A DNA stretch of 39,930 bases from Vulcanimicrobiota bacterium (GCA_003135555.1 PLCF01000030.1:1-39930), one strand, 5' to 3'. Positions 10,915 to 21,709 are shown, counted from the first letter of the stretch. Made by a program: numbers and translations. Notes: generated by a model not told the origin, from the sequence alone.

Positions 10915-12207
10915 GTGCTGAACACCCTTCGTAACGCGCTGACCGTCCCGGACATCCGCAAGCGGATCTTGTTCGTCTTCTTCGCGTTCGCGGTATTCGT
11001 GTTCATGATCCACGTGCAGCTGCCCAACGTGAACCAGGCGCAGTGGAACCAGCTCATCCAGTCGGGCGCGTTCTACCAGTTCCTGGGCTTCCTCTCGGGC
11101 GGCGCGCTGCAGAAGCTCTCGATCATCGCGATGGGGATCACGCCCTACATCAACGCGTCGATCATCATGCAGCTCATGACGGTGGTCATCCCGCAGCTCG
11201 AAGAGATGGCGAAGAAGGGCGGCGAGGAAGGCCGCAAGACGATCAGCCGCTACACGCGCTGGCTGACGATGCTGCTGGGCACGATCCAGGCCACCTCGAT
11301 GTCGATCGCGATGAGCCGCGGCGGCGTGTTCTACGACCACTCCTGGCAGTTCATGGTCTACGCGGTGATCGCGTTCGTCGCCGGGACGATGTTCCTGATG
11401 TGGCTGGGCGAGCAGATCACCGACAAGGGGATCGGCAACGGCGTGTCGCTGATCATCTTCGTCGGCATCGTGCTGCGTTTCCCGACCCAGGTCGGGCAGA
11501 CGTTCTCGCTGGCCGGCAAAGGCAACGTGAACTGGTTCGGGATCATCCTGTGGCTGGCGATCGCGCTGGTCACGATCGTCTCGATCGTCTTCATGTACCA
11601 GGGGCAGCGCCGCATCCCGGTTCAGCAAGCCCGCCGGGTCATCGGGCGCAAGATGTACGCCGGGCGCTCGAGCTACATCCCGCTGCGCCTCAACAACGCC
11701 GGCGTCATCTCGATCATCTTCGCGATCTCGATCCTGCTGCTGCCCCAACAGGCCTTGTCGTGGTTCGGCGGAGCGAACGGCGGGAAGGGCGTTGCCGGGA
11801 CGATTTCGTTCTACATCCAGACGTACTTCGGGCCGAGCTCGTTCCTGTACAACTTGGTCTACTTCTTGCTGGTCGTCGTCTTCACGTTCTTCTACTCCGC
11901 GATCGTCGTCAACACCAAAGACATCGCCGACAACCTCAAGAAATCCGGCTCGTTCATCCCCGGGATCCGGCCCGGCCAACCGACCATCGACTACATCAAC
12001 AAGATCCTGGTGCGCATCACCACCGCCGCGGCGATCTACCTCGGCGTCCTGGCGGTCTTGCCGTCGCTGCAGCGCGACGTCGGCGTGACGTCGCTGTACA
12101 TCGGCTCGACCTCGCTGCTCATCGTCGTCGGTGTCGCGCTCGACTCGATCACCCAGATCGAAGCGCGTCTGGCGATGCGCGACTATCGCGGGTTCATAAA
12201 CAAGTGA
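10915..12207 (+). CDS. secY: Preprotein translocase subunit SecY
   Basis: [47 protein letters not shown]. Confidence 0.99.
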   Translation: MLNTLRNALTVPDIRKRILFVFFAFAVFVFMIHVQLPNVNQAQWNQLIQSGAFYQFLGFLSGGALQKLSIIAMGITPYINASIIMQLMTVVIPQLEEMAKKGGEEGRKTISRYTRWLTMLLGTIQATSMSIAMSRGGVFYDHSWQFMVYAVIAFVAGTMFLMWLGEQITDKGIGNGVSLIIFVGIVLRFPTQVGQTFSLAGKGNVNWFGIILWLAIALVTIVSIVFMYQGQRRIPVQQARRVIGRKMYAGRSSYIPLRLNNAGVISIIFAISILLLPQQALSWFGGANGGKGVAGTISFYIQTYFGPSSFLYNLVYFLLVVVFTFFYSAIVVNTKDIADNLKKSGSFIPGIRPGQPTIDYINKILVRITTAAAIYLGVLAVLPSLQRDVGVTSLYIGSTSLLIVVGVALDSITQIEARLAMRDYRGFINK

Positions 12208-12860
12208 ATCTGATATTCCTGGGGCCGCCCGGCGCCGGGAAGGGCACCCAGGCGAAGGTGCTCGAGGAGAAGTTCGGCTACCGGCAGATCTCGACCGGTG
12301 ACATCCTGCGCCGGCATGTGGCCGAAGGGACGCCGCTGGGCGTCGAGGCGAAGGGCTACATGAGCCGGGGGGATCTCGTCCCCGACGAGCTGATCCTTCG
12401 CATGATGGACGGTGAGCTCGAACAGTCGAGCGACGTCATCCTCGACGGCTTTCCGCGCAACGTCGCGCAGGCGACGGCGCTCGACGAGCTGCTCGCGCGC
12501 AAGAAGCGCAACGCCGTGGCGGTGCTGTTCGACGTGGACCGCGACGTCTTGACCGATCGTCTGACCGGACGTTGGACGCACCCGGGCTCGGGCCGAACGT
12601 ATCACGCCAAGAACAACCCGCCGAAGGTTCCCGAAATCGACGACGTCACCGGCGAGCCGCTCGTGCAGCGACCGGACGATGCCGAAGAGACGGTCAAGAA
12701 CCGTCTTGCGGTGTACGACGAGCAGACGGCGCCGCTGATCGCCTACTACGACGATCCCGGCGATTCACGCCTTGCGCGCGTCGATGCGCTCGCCCCGATC
12801 GAAAAGGTCTCGCGTCAGCTGATCGACTTCGTTCGCAGCCACCCAAACGGTGCCGCATGA
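12204..12860 (+). CDS. adk: Adenylate kinase
   Basis: [28 protein letters not shown] overlap with secY. Confidence 0.99.
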   Translation: MNLIFLGPPGAGKGTQAKVLEEKFGYRQISTGDILRRHVAEGTPLGVEAKGYMSRGDLVPDELILRMMDGELEQSSDVILDGFPRNVAQATALDELLARKKRNAVAVLFDVDRDVLTDRLTGRWTHPGSGRTYHAKNNPPKVPEIDDVTGEPLVQRPDDAEETVKNRLAVYDEQTAPLIAYYDDPGDSRLARVDALAPIEKVSRQLIDFVRSHPNGAA

Positions 12861-13660
12861 TCAGCATCAAGTCGGCGCGCGAGATCGAGATCATGCGCCG
12901 CAGCGGCAAGATCACGTCCAAGACGCTGGAGCGTTTGATGGCCGCCGCACGTCCCGGAGTTACGACGGCCCAACTCGACCGCATCGCCGACGAGTCGATC
13001 CGCTCGATGGGCGGCGTCCCGACCTTCATCGGCTACAACGGCTACCCGTCGGCGATCTGCACCTCGGTCAACGACGAGGTCGTCCACGGGATGCCCGGCA
13101 AGCGCGTGCTCGCCGACGGCGACCTGCTCTCGCTCGACATCGGGACGACGCTCGAGGGCTACGTCTCGGACTCCGCCATCACCGTCGCGATCGGCAACGT
13201 GAGCGAGGCGGCGCAGCGGCTGATGCGCGTCACCCAGGAGTGCCTGATGTTGGGCATCGCCCAGATGCAGGTGGGCAACCATCTGGGGGACATCGGCCAC
13301 GCGGTCCAGCAGCACGCCGAGTCCAACGGGTACGGCGTCGTGCGAGCGCTGGTCGGCCACGGGATCGGCCGCAAGATGCACGAGGACCCGCAGGTTCCCA
13401 ACTACGGCAGTCCCGGGCAGGGAACGCTCCTGCGCAACGGGCTGGTCCTGGCGATCGAGCCCATGATCACCGAGGGCACGTGGGAGGTCGCAACCCTCGA
13501 GGACGGCTGGACGGTCGTAACCGAGGATGGTAAGCTAGCGGCGCACTTCGAGCATACGATCGCGATCACGGACCACGGTCCCAAGATCCTGACGTTGCGG
13601 GACGTCGCCGAGCACCCGGACGTAGCTCGCTATCGTCCTTCCGAAGAGGTCGCGGCCTGA
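12857..13660 (+). CDS. map: Type I methionine aminopeptidase
   Basis: [41 protein letters not shown]. Confidence 0.99.
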   Translation: MISIKSAREIEIMRRSGKITSKTLERLMAAARPGVTTAQLDRIADESIRSMGGVPTFIGYNGYPSAICTSVNDEVVHGMPGKRVLADGDLLSLDIGTTLEGYVSDSAITVAIGNVSEAAQRLMRVTQECLMLGIAQMQVGNHLGDIGHAVQQHAESNGYGVVRALVGHGIGRKMHEDPQVPNYGSPGQGTLLRNGLVLAIEPMITEGTWEVATLEDGWTVVTEDGKLAAHFEHTIAITDHGPKILTLRDVAEHPDVARYRPSEEVAA

Positions 13661-13700
13661 TGGCTTCCGGCCGCACCCATCACCCAGCAAGAGCAGCATC

Positions 13701-13817
13701 ATGAAAGTTCGTCCTAGCGTCAAGCGCATCTGCGATGCGTGCAAGATCATTCGTCGCGAAGGTAAAGTGCGCGTGATCTGCGCCGTCAACCCGAAGCACA
13801 AGCAGGTTCAAGGATAA
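13701..13817 (+). CDS. rpmJ: 50S ribosomal protein L36 (zinc-binding form)
   Basis: Manual translation [38 protein letters not shown]; not in ORF track; TAATG overlap with rpsM. Confidence 0.99.
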   Translation: MKVRPSVKRICDACKIIRREGKVRVICAVNPKHKQVQG

Positions 13818-14197
13818 TGGCTCGAATCAGCGGCATCGATCTTCCGCGCGACAAGCGCATCGAGATCGGTCTCACCTACATCTTCGGGATCGGGCTCCCG
13901 ACGGCGAAGAAGATCCTCGCGCAAACGGGGGTTAGCCCCGACACGCGCGTCAAGGACCTGTCCGTCGAGGACGAACACCGCTTGCGCGAAGTCGTCGATG
14001 CGCTCAAGGTCGAGGGCGATCTGCGCCGCGACATCGCTTCGAACATCAAGCGTCTCACCGACATCGGCTGCTACCGCGGCTTGCGCCATCGGCGCGGCCT
14101 GCCGGTACGCGGCCAACGGACCAAAACCAACGCACGCACCCGCAAGGGACCCAAGCGCACCGTCGCCGGCAAGAAGAAGACCGCCACCAAGAAGTAA
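13817..14197 (+). CDS. rpsM: 30S ribosomal protein S13
   Basis: [36 protein letters not shown]. Confidence 0.99.
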   Translation: MARISGIDLPRDKRIEIGLTYIFGIGLPTAKKILAQTGVSPDTRVKDLSVEDEHRLREVVDALKVEGDLRRDIASNIKRLTDIGCYRGLRHRRGLPVRGQRTKTNARTRKGPKRTVAGKKKTATKK

Positions 14198-14241
14198 CGC
14201 CGTGGAGCCGCGCGAGCGACGCGGTAGGCTAGAACCGGCAC

Positions 14242-14282
14242 GCGGCCCTCGCACCTCGAGTGTGAGGGCCGCTTCTTTTTTC
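14242..14282 (+). terminator. Intrinsic terminator after rpsM
   Basis: GCGGCCCTCGCAC-ctcga-GTGTGAGGGCCGC followed by TTCTTTTTT. Confidence 0.9.
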
Positions 14283-14333
14283 GGCGACTGGTTGTGCGGC
14301 GGAGGTGTACGGGGAGAAATCGAAACGACTCCC

Positions 14334-14915
14334 ATGGATTTCGGGCGGCTAGACGGACTGTCGGAACGTCGCTACCGTGTGAGCACGACGCCGTACCTGC
14401 CGCAGGGCGACTTGATCGACTTTCCGTGCTTTACCGAAAACCCCACCAGCAGCTTGATCTTGACGATCGAGCCGCACGACGGTGCAGCGTGGTATGCCGA
14501 CGTTCGGTCGAACACGGCCGGCGTCGGGCGGTTCTGGGCGACGAGCGACCCGCACGTCTTCTGTTCACTCTTTGGCGACGCGGCGTACTGGGTGGACGTA
14601 CGGGACCCGCGCTCCGTTGTCGGCTATCCCGCACACAACCTGGGCGGTAATGAACCGCTGTTTGTGAAGCACCACGACCTGCTGCTGTTTTCCGACGGGG
14701 CATCGATCCAGGCGTATGATCCCAGCGGATTTCGCTGGCGCACGGCTCGGTTGGCCTTTGATGAAATCATCGAATTCGTCGTCGACGGTGACGTACTGCG
14801 CGGTGTGGCGGACGACTACCCGGACCATAAGGTTCCCTTCGCTGTCGACCTCAAGACCGGCGCGCACGAGGGCGGCTTCCCGGGATGGGAAGGGCGGGTA
14901 CGGCGGCTCGACTAG
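14334..14915 (+). CDS. Hypothetical protein (beta-rich)
   Basis: 193-aa ORF from the ATG after the terminator; protein-like composition, ending FAVDLKTGAHEGG. Confidence 0.7.
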   Translation: MDFGRLDGLSERRYRVSTTPYLPQGDLIDFPCFTENPTSSLILTIEPHDGAAWYADVRSNTAGVGRFWATSDPHVFCSLFGDAAYWVDVRDPRSVVGYPAHNLGGNEPLFVKHHDLLLFSDGASIQAYDPSGFRWRTARLAFDEIIEFVVDGDVLRGVADDYPDHKVPFAVDLKTGAHEGGFPGWEGRVRRLD

Positions 14916-14980
14916 CGTTACGTCGCTGACGTCTCCGATCTGCCCCGAGGCCTAGTCCGCACGACGGACGAAGCGCGGCC

Positions 14981-15964
14981 GTGATGGCGGCATCGACCGA
15001 TATCGGCCTGGAGACAACGCGCGCTGGATTCCTCGCCGGAGCAGCTGCGATGCTCGCGGTGCCTGCGGTTGCAGCCGAATCGACCGTCATCATTCCGACC
15101 GCGTTTGACGGTGGGCGGTTCTTTGCGATCCCGCGGGTTGCGAGTGACGGTGCGGTGATGCGGTTGTGGCTCGATACCGACGGCGGTGGGTTCGTGTTCG
15201 CCGAGGCGGTCGAGCGCTGGAATTTGCCGGTGCTGCCCGGGCCTGGCGGGCGCAAGGGGCACTGGACGCGCCTGCCGGCGTTCGATCCGTCGGTCTCGGT
15301 TCCGCCGCCGCGCGGGCGTGACGGACTGCTGCCGATCTTCACTCGCGACGAGGCCGACCGGCGCGACGCGATCCTGGCCGGGTTCGACGGCCAACTCGGC
15401 GCGAGCTGGTTCCAGGAGCGGGTGTGGACGTTCGACTACGTCCGACGCCGCGTGCTGTTGCGCAGCGCGCTCGCCGGCACCGACGGCGTCAAGATCCCGG
15501 TGCGTTTCCGCACCGACGCCGCCGGCGCGCGGCGCGACGGCGCGCAGAGTCCGCGCCTCGACATTGCGATCGGGGGCGGGGCGCTCGCCGCCAGCTTCGA
15601 CATCGCGGCCACCGTCGCGTTGACGGAGACCGCGCGCACGCTGGTCGAGAGCGGTCCGCGCGCGGTGCGCGCCACCAGCTTCGTGCGCCGCAAAACGTTT
15701 GCCGCATGGCAGAGCGCGCACCCCCAGTGGCACGTGCTGCGAGACGTCTCGACGAACGCCGGGATCGACGCGATCCGCGTTCCCGCGGTGCAACTCGGCC
15801 CGATCGACTTGGGGACGGCGTGGTTCACGACGCGTCCGGACGACGACGTCTTCGAAGGCGACGACGACATCGACGCTAAGCTCGGCGCGCCCGCGTTTTA
15901 CGGGCGCGCGGTCTCGCTTGACTATCCCGCGGGGGTGCTCGCGCTGCGCAGCGGCGTCAGCTAG
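14981..15964 (+). CDS. Exported protein with two retropepsin-like (aspartic protease fold) lobes
   Basis: Tat-like signal TRAGFLAGAAA..AVAA; LWLDTDGG and ASFDIAAT DTG-like motifs; GQLG..DY and AKLG..LDYP lobe ends. Confidence 0.6.
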   Translation: MMAASTDIGLETTRAGFLAGAAAMLAVPAVAAESTVIIPTAFDGGRFFAIPRVASDGAVMRLWLDTDGGGFVFAEAVERWNLPVLPGPGGRKGHWTRLPAFDPSVSVPPPRGRDGLLPIFTRDEADRRDAILAGFDGQLGASWFQERVWTFDYVRRRVLLRSALAGTDGVKIPVRFRTDAAGARRDGAQSPRLDIAIGGGALAASFDIAATVALTETARTLVESGPRAVRATSFVRRKTFAAWQSAHPQWHVLRDVSTNAGIDAIRVPAVQLGPIDLGTAWFTTRPDDDVFEGDDDIDAKLGAPAFYGRAVSLDYPAGVLALRSGVS

Positions 15965-16916
15965 GGATCGGGAGCTTCGTGCCGCGGCCTTCGACGATGC
16001 AGGTGTTGAAGACGTGGGAGGCTGCGGCGATGTCCCAGAGTCCGATTCCCAGCGACTCGAACATCGTGATTTGATCGTCGGCGGTGCGGCCGAGGGTGTG
16101 GCCGGCGACGACGTCGCTCAGCAGCGTCGCGCGCTCCCAGGACCAGTCCCCGCTTTCGTTCGCGGCTTGGAGATCGCCTGACTCGACCTTGGCTTGCGCC
16201 AGGTCTTCGACGGCGACGACGCTCGCGCGGGTGACCGTTTCGACGTCGATCTCCTGCGCGGTCGCGCGGTTCGAACCGGCGGCGTTCACGTGCATGCCCG
16301 GACGCAGCCAGGCGCCTTCGAGGACCGGCTTCGAAGCGCTGGTCATCGTGCAGACCACGTCGGCTTCAGCGACGGCGTCGCGCGCGCTGTCGACCGGTTC
16401 GACAGCATGGCCGATGCGCGCAGCCATCTCTTCGCAGAACGCCGCTCGGCGTTGGGGATCGCGGCCATAGACGAGGACGCGGGTGAAGTCGCGGACGTGG
16501 AAGCAGGCTTCGAGCTGCGAGCGCGCCTGCCAGCCGGTGCCGATCACGGCGAGCGTACGCGCGTCGCTGCGCGCGAGAAAACGGGTCGCGACGCCGGAGG
16601 CGGCGCCGGTCCGAATCTGGCCGAGTGCGTCGGCTTCCATGAGCGCCAGCATCTCGCCGTTGTCGTTGAACAACGTGTACCAGAAGCGCGCGCCGCGCCC
16701 TTTCATCGCGACCGTGTACGTCTTGTGCCCCATCCGGCTCTCGTACGATGCCGCGAGCACCTGGATCACCGCCGAGGGCAGGTAGGCGCGCTGCCGGGGG
16801 CGGTTCTGCGCGCGGCCTTCGGCGAGCGCGCGGGCGGCGTGCTCGACCAGGGTGAGCGCGTCGCGCATCGTCAGCGTTGCGACGACGTCGCCTTCCGTGA
16901 GGTAGAGCGGGTTCAC
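15957..16916 (-). CDS. Ornithine cyclodeaminase/mu-crystallin family protein
   Basis: RTGAASGVAT..IGTGWQARSQL..ADVVCTMT..GMHVNAAGS..FESLGIGLWD; GTG start overlaps upstream stop. Confidence 0.93.
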   Translation of the reverse strand: MNPLYLTEGDVVATLTMRDALTLVEHAARALAEGRAQNRPRQRAYLPSAVIQVLAASYESRMGHKTYTVAMKGRGARFWYTLFNDNGEMLALMEADALGQIRTGAASGVATRFLARSDARTLAVIGTGWQARSQLEACFHVRDFTRVLVYGRDPQRRAAFCEEMAARIGHAVEPVDSARDAVAEADVVCTMTSASKPVLEGAWLRPGMHVNAAGSNRATAQEIDVETVTRASVVAVEDLAQAKVESGDLQAANESGDWSWERATLLSDVVAGHTLGRTADDQITMFESLGIGLWDIAAASHVFNTCIVEGRGTKLPIPS

Positions 16917-17761
16917 GCGCGTCCTGACCCGACGACGGAGGAGTCGCTCGAGCCGAAGCCGGCTGCAATGTAGCGATCGTACAGCGCGCCGACGGCGGGC
17001 ACGACGTCGAGCTTCGCGCCGTGACGAGCCGCTTCGTCTTCCATGAGCCGCAAGTCTTTGCGCGCCATCGTGAGTTCGAAGCTCGGGTTGTCGAACTTGC
17101 CGTCGGCCATGACTTTGCCACGGCCTTGAACGGCGTTCCCTGGGTTGAACTCGGTGAAGAGCGAGTACGCATCGTGCGGGTCGATCCCGAGCGAACGGCC
17201 GAGCTTGTAGACGTCGGCGAGGCCGCCGCTGATGACGAGCAGCATCATGTTGCCGAAGAGTTTGAACGATGCGCCGCGCGTAGGATCGTCCCCCAGGTCG
17301 ATAATCTTGCCGGTCATCGGCGCGAGCAGCGGCTTCACCCGCTCGCGCACTGCCGGGTCGCCGGAGAGCAGCATCAGCCCGGTTCCCTCGCGGGCGTGCG
17401 CGGGTGCCATGAAGACCGGCGCGTGGACGAACGTACGGGCGCGTTGCGCCCAGCGCCGGACGCGCTCGCCGGTAGGCGTCGGCGCGGTCGTCGTGTGGTC
17501 GGCGATGACTGCCGTCGGCAGGATCAGGTCGGCGAGCGGGTCGAGCACCGAGTCGACCGCAGCGTCGTCGCTGAGCGTGAGGTGGATCTCGCTTGCGCCG
17601 CGCACCGCCTCGGCGGCGGTGTCGAACGCCTTCGCCCCGTCCGCTTCCAGCGCTTTCGCCTTCTCGGAGCTGCGGTTCCATACGTGCACGGTCTCGCCGC
17701 GCTCGAGCATTTTGCGGACGAAGTTGGCGCCGAGTAAGCCGGTGCCGAGCCAAGCGATCAC
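16913..17761 (-). CDS. NAD(P)-dependent oxidoreductase, beta-hydroxyacid dehydrogenase family
   Basis: IAWLGTGLLG..VWNRS..HAPV..FKLFGN..KDLRL; GGGAG RBS before GTG. Confidence 0.93.
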   Translation of the reverse strand: MIAWLGTGLLGANFVRKMLERGETVHVWNRSSEKAKALEADGAKAFDTAAEAVRGASEIHLTLSDDAAVDSVLDPLADLILPTAVIADHTTTAPTPTGERVRRWAQRARTFVHAPVFMAPAHAREGTGLMLLSGDPAVRERVKPLLAPMTGKIIDLGDDPTRGASFKLFGNMMLLVISGGLADVYKLGRSLGIDPHDAYSLFTEFNPGNAVQGRGKVMADGKFDNPSFELTMARKDLRLMEDEAARHGAKLDVVPAVGALYDRYIAAGFGSSDSSVVGSGRA

Positions 17762-17837
17762 GATAGTGGTTCTCCCAACGGGTGCGGTGCAACGCTTCGT
17801 TCGACCCCGGCACCGCCGCCGCCGTTGCGGTTCGTAG

Positions 17838-19238
17838 CTACAGGCAACTGGCCGGCTGCGGATGACCGCGCTTGAACGCGAAGACCGCGCCGCGCCGCGC
17901 CACCAAACGGTACTCGCCACAGGCGAGTGCCTCGCGCAGGCTGGTCTTGAGGATCTTCTGGAACGTCTGGTTCGGAAAGTCCGCCGCGAAGACGATGTAG
18001 TCACCGCCGATGAACGCGGTGCCGAGGACCTGGGCGCGCGGGTGCTGCGCGGCGATCGCCGTGTACCACTCGTCGTGCGTGCTGACCGAGGCCTCGGCCG
18101 GAATCGATGCAAGCACGGCGCGCGCATCGCTCAGCGCGTGATACGAGGGCCTCAGATAATGCAGCGGGTGCAGCGGGTTGAAGGCGATCAGCACCAGCGT
18201 CGAGAGGCCGAAGGCGATCGTCGCCCACCGGCGCTGCAGGCGCAGCGTCGCGATCCCGCCGGCGAAGGCGAGCAGCAGCCACGGGATCCACAGCGCCGCG
18301 TAGTGCATCCCCATCCGCCAGACCAGGCCGCTGTTGGCGAGCAACACGATGGCGAAGCCGGGGACCGCGAGCCATACGAGACGCGAACGCAGCGGCACGA
18401 ACGCCAGCGGGACGAGCGCTTCGAGCACGTAGGTGAGCCTGCCGAGCGTGAGAACCGCCGCGCCGAAGGCCAGCGGATGGGTGAGCGGCGCGAGGAGCAG
18501 CTCCGCCGGTCCGTGCGCGAACGGGTACTCGTAGAAGTGCGAGGGCGGCCAGGGTCCGACGCGCGGCAGCACGAGGCCGACGTAGATCGCGCCCGACACC
18601 AGAGCGAGGCCGGCGGAGCCGAGGGCGGCGTAGAGCTTGGCGCGATCGTCGTCGCGCGCTGCGTTGAGCGCGACGACCGATCCGACGATCGCCAGCTCGA
18701 GGCAGACGTCTTCCCGCAGGCCGGCCAGCAGCAGCGCGGTGACGCCGACCAAGAGCCACGAGCGCCGCTGGAGTGCGAGCCACCAGCCGAGCGCGAGGAC
18801 CGGCAACAGTCCGAGGTCGCGGAACTCCCCGAAGCCGACCGCGACGAGCGGCGGGTAGACCAGCGCCACTGCTCCGATGCGGTCGGCGATCCTCGGCTGC
18901 AGTCGGGTCCCGGCGAAGCCGCAGCGGGCGATCGCGGCGAGCAGCGGTGCGCAGGCGACGGTGGCCGCGGCCAGGATCGTTTGCAGCACCCACAGGCTGT
19001 GCGTCGCGGCGAGGAAGGGCCACAACAGCACGAGCGTCGGCGACCAATGGAAGCGGTAGTGGGTGGTCCGCTCCATCCCGTTGCGCATCCCGCCGAACGC
19101 GTCGAGAATGATCTGGACGAACGTCCCGGTGTCGGCGCCATAGCTCCAGTCGGCCGCCCGCACCGCCGCCAGGCCGGCCAGGACGACGAACGCGACGATG
19201 GTTCCGATCCAGAGAGCAGACGGGCGGGTCAGGGGCAC
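17838..19238 (-). CDS. Polytopic membrane protein, DUF2079-like (putative GT-C glycosyltransferase)
   Basis: GADTGTFVQ..HWSPTLVLLWP..REDV..HYAAL; many TM segments. Confidence 0.75.
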   Translation of the reverse strand: MPLTRPSALWIGTIVAFVVLAGLAAVRAADWSYGADTGTFVQIILDAFGGMRNGMERTTHYRFHWSPTLVLLWPFLAATHSLWVLQTILAAATVACAPLLAAIARCGFAGTRLQPRIADRIGAVALVYPPLVAVGFGEFRDLGLLPVLALGWWLALQRRSWLLVGVTALLLAGLREDVCLELAIVGSVVALNAARDDDRAKLYAALGSAGLALVSGAIYVGLVLPRVGPWPPSHFYEYPFAHGPAELLLAPLTHPLAFGAAVLTLGRLTYVLEALVPLAFVPLRSRLVWLAVPGFAIVLLANSGLVWRMGMHYAALWIPWLLLAFAGGIATLRLQRRWATIAFGLSTLVLIAFNPLHPLHYLRPSYHALSDARAVLASIPAEASVSTHDEWYTAIAAQHPRAQVLGTAFIGGDYIVFAADFPNQTFQKILKTSLREALACGEYRLVARRGAVFAFKRGHPQPASCL

Positions 19239-19296
19239 GGCCGCCGACGTTCGTCCTCGCGCCGGGAAGTCATCGGTGGGGTGGGTGCGCAGCGTC

Positions 19297-20565
19297 TCAG
19301 GCGACTCGTGGCGCGGCTAGCGAAAGCTGTCGCGCGAACGCGTCCTTCAGCTCACCAATGGTCCCCCGCGTCACGCCGAAGTCGCTCGCGATCGGGGGCA
19401 GATCCTCGACTGCGGCCGCCACTTCGTCGATGATTGCGCTCGCGCGCCCGGCGCTGATGGATTGCGCGCCGCCAACGGCAAGAAGATCGCGCCGCCGCAC
19501 GTCGCGTCCCCGTCCGTTGACTGCCAAGTAGTGCTCGTTTCCGGGCCCGGAGGCAAAGGTGAGGTCATACGCCGGCGAGAGCCGCCACGCGCCCTCGCGG
19601 TCCAGAAGGAGCGCATGCTGTTTCGTGTGATCGTCGCGGTTGATCGCCAAGACATTGAAGACCATCCGGCGGTACATCTGCAGCACTGCCTGTTCGTCGC
19701 GAGTGGCGCTGCGCACGGCGCCTAAGAGCATTGCGTAGTCGATCGACGGCACCGTCCAATCCACGTCGAGCATCCCGGCGATCGAGAGCATGTGGAGGCG
19801 TCCGCCTTCAGGCTTTCGATCGAACCGTTCCGTTGCAAAGTACCCCGGACCACTCTGGGCGGAGATCAGGCGCGTACGGGGCATGTCTATTCCGGCGCGC
19901 CGCGCTGCTTCGGCGTAGGCGGCTTCAAGCGGGCCGATGTCCACCCGATCGACGGTGCCGCGGAACTTGACGATCCAGTTGGTAAACCCAGGCGCCGGCG
20001 TTTCGGTGTTGTCGGCGCGTGCGCGTCCCGCACCGTCGAGTGCCACCTGCACTTTCGGGCGGGCGCCTCCGGATGATCCGCCTAGCCGCTCGAGCTCGCG
20101 CAGAACCGCGCTCTCGTGTCCCTCAAGGACCTCGCCGGCGTCGTGCGCGAGTCGATCCAGATCGAGGTCGCCGGTGCCGTCGCCATCATCGTCACCATCA
20201 GCAGCAGGCTCGTACACGAGCGCGCCGCGTCCGCGCCGACCGACGAGGGCAAGGCGGTCTAAGATCGTCAGCGATGAGAGCGAAACACCGGCGCGACGGA
20301 GCCGCCGATCCACGAGGAGCTCGCCCCACGCGTCGGGGAGACTGTCTGCAAAGACCCCGTGCAATCCGCGAAATGCTTGCGGATCGCGCGGGCGCAGCAA
20401 TCCAGGCCCGATGCGGCCGAACGCCGGATTGAGCGAAAGCCCGGACGCGGCGAACGCGGCGTCGTATTCGAAGACGACCACGTTGCCGTCGAGCGCGAGG
20501 CGGCCGACCGGCACGTAACGATCCGGCGAAAATGCAAGCGTGACGCGCAGCAGCGGCGTCGTCAC
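19297..20565 (-). CDS. HipA-family toxin kinase
   Basis: FEYD..FADSLPDAWG N-domain; SSGGARPK, ERFDR, NRDDHTK, LSPAYDL. Confidence 0.95.
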   Translation of the reverse strand: MTTPLLRVTLAFSPDRYVPVGRLALDGNVVVFEYDAAFAASGLSLNPAFGRIGPGLLRPRDPQAFRGLHGVFADSLPDAWGELLVDRRLRRAGVSLSSLTILDRLALVGRRGRGALVYEPAADGDDDGDGTGDLDLDRLAHDAGEVLEGHESAVLRELERLGGSSGGARPKVQVALDGAGRARADNTETPAPGFTNWIVKFRGTVDRVDIGPLEAAYAEAARRAGIDMPRTRLISAQSGPGYFATERFDRKPEGGRLHMLSIAGMLDVDWTVPSIDYAMLLGAVRSATRDEQAVLQMYRRMVFNVLAINRDDHTKQHALLLDREGAWRLSPAYDLTFASGPGNEHYLAVNGRGRDVRRRDLLAVGGAQSISAGRASAIIDEVAAAVEDLPPIASDFGVTRGTIGELKDAFARQLSLAAPRVA

Positions 20566-20867
20566 CGGGTGCGCCCGCGTTGCGGCAGCCGGCGACGATC
20601 CAGAACCTGCTCGATGGTGCGCAGGTCGGGCAGCGGGAAGAGGTCGCCCAAATCGCGTTCGGCATTGAGCGCGACGGCGATTCGGACGAGCGCATCGACG
20701 CTGACGTTCGCGCCCGCCTCGAACCGCTGCACGGTCGGCAACGACACGCCCGCGGCACGTGCGACGTCGGCTTGCGAGCGCCTAACAGCCAAGCGAGCGG
20801 ACTGAGCACGGCGTCCGATGCGCTTCCGAATCGTCCCGGGCGACGTCTCGAGGAAATTTGCCATCAT
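20562..20867 (-). CDS. HipB-like XRE HTH antitoxin
   Basis: SQADVARAAGVSLPTVQRFEAG; GTGA overlap with the hipA-like gene; start uncertain (20864/20867/20888). Confidence 0.88.
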   Translation of the reverse strand: MMANFLETSPGTIRKRIGRRAQSARLAVRRSQADVARAAGVSLPTVQRFEAGANVSVDALVRIAVALNAERDLGDLFPLPDLRTIEQVLDRRRLPQRGRTR

Positions 20868-20915
20868 ATCTGAGTTACTATTGGCCACGACTGCTGGTAG
20901 TATATCACATATGAT
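20863..20915 (-). promoter_or_regulatory. Candidate hipBA promoter and operators
   Basis: Extended -10 TGnTATACT (20899-20907, minus strand); two ATCA-N4-TGA(T/G) boxes at 20904-20915 and 20863-20874. Confidence 0.45.
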
Positions 20916-21064
20916 GCTATATGGGCGCTTGCTTTGGCGACAGAGGTCAACCTTACGGGCCACGCCTCCTACGCGAGCGCCGGCACGGCGACCGGTCGCT
21001 GCAGGGCGAGCCGCCAGCCAGGCGTCGGCCCAGGCGCGCGCGGGCGCATCGATAACTTTCCGGT

Positions 21065-21709
21065 ATGTTCGCGTTCGCGTTTGTTTTGGTTCTTTCGATC
21101 GCGGGGATCGGAGCGGCGCATTTCCCGTCGGACCAGAGCATCGAAGCCCGTTGCAGAACGTTCCGAACGGACGCTGTCTGCAGCGAAGCCCTGGGACGCT
21201 GGATCGGGCGCATCGTGATCGGTCAAGAACTGACGCAAACGCGGAAACCGACCCATGTCTTGGACGGATTCTCGGGCCTACGGCGCAAGGCGGGAAAATC
21301 GTGGCGCAGGTCCGATCTCATTGGCACGCAGGTCGTGTATGGAGAAGCCGGCCCGTCCCAAGGGGCGCTCATCTACGATCGACAGCACCGGCTTGCCTTT
21401 TATGGCGGCGGCTGTTGCGCGTTCGGGAGCATCGTACTCGCGTTCGGCATCTCGCCGCCTCCCGTCCGAGTCATGGACACGGATCTGAGAGCCGTCAAGA
21501 CCGACACCGGCCTGCGCCTGGGCGACTCGCCCGAACGCGTGACGGCCGTGTACGGCGCTGCACCGTTCCGACGCGACGCGGCGCATCCGAACGTCGCATA
21601 TTTGCTCTATCGAAACACGGCGCCGCCGAACGGTCCCTGCGTGCAGGACCAGACCTTCGGTTTTACCGGCGGCCGCCTCAGCTACATCGAACTGGGCAGC
21701 GGTTGCTAA
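21065..21709 (+). CDS. Secreted hypothetical protein (Cys-containing)
   Basis: Hydrophobic N-terminal signal; TDTGLRLGDSPERVTAVYG motif. Confidence 0.7.
   Translation: MFAFAFVLVLSIAGIGAAHFPSDQSIEARCRTFRTDAVCSEALGRWIGRIVIGQELTQTRKPTHVLDGFSGLRRKAGKSWRRSDLIGTQVVYGEAGPSQGALIYDRQHRLAFYGGGCCAFGSIVLAFGISPPPVRVMDTDLRAVKTDTGLRLGDSPERVTAVYGAAPFRRDAAHPNVAYLLYRNTAPPNGPCVQDQTFGFTGGRLSYIELGSGC

Noticed and set aside
11043..12860. Apparent long N-terminal extensions on adk, map, rplD, rplW, rpsS, rplE, OCD and the antitoxin in the ORF track
   Set aside because: They come from open frames overlapping upstream sequence; real starts coincide with stop-start overlaps, RBSs or promoters
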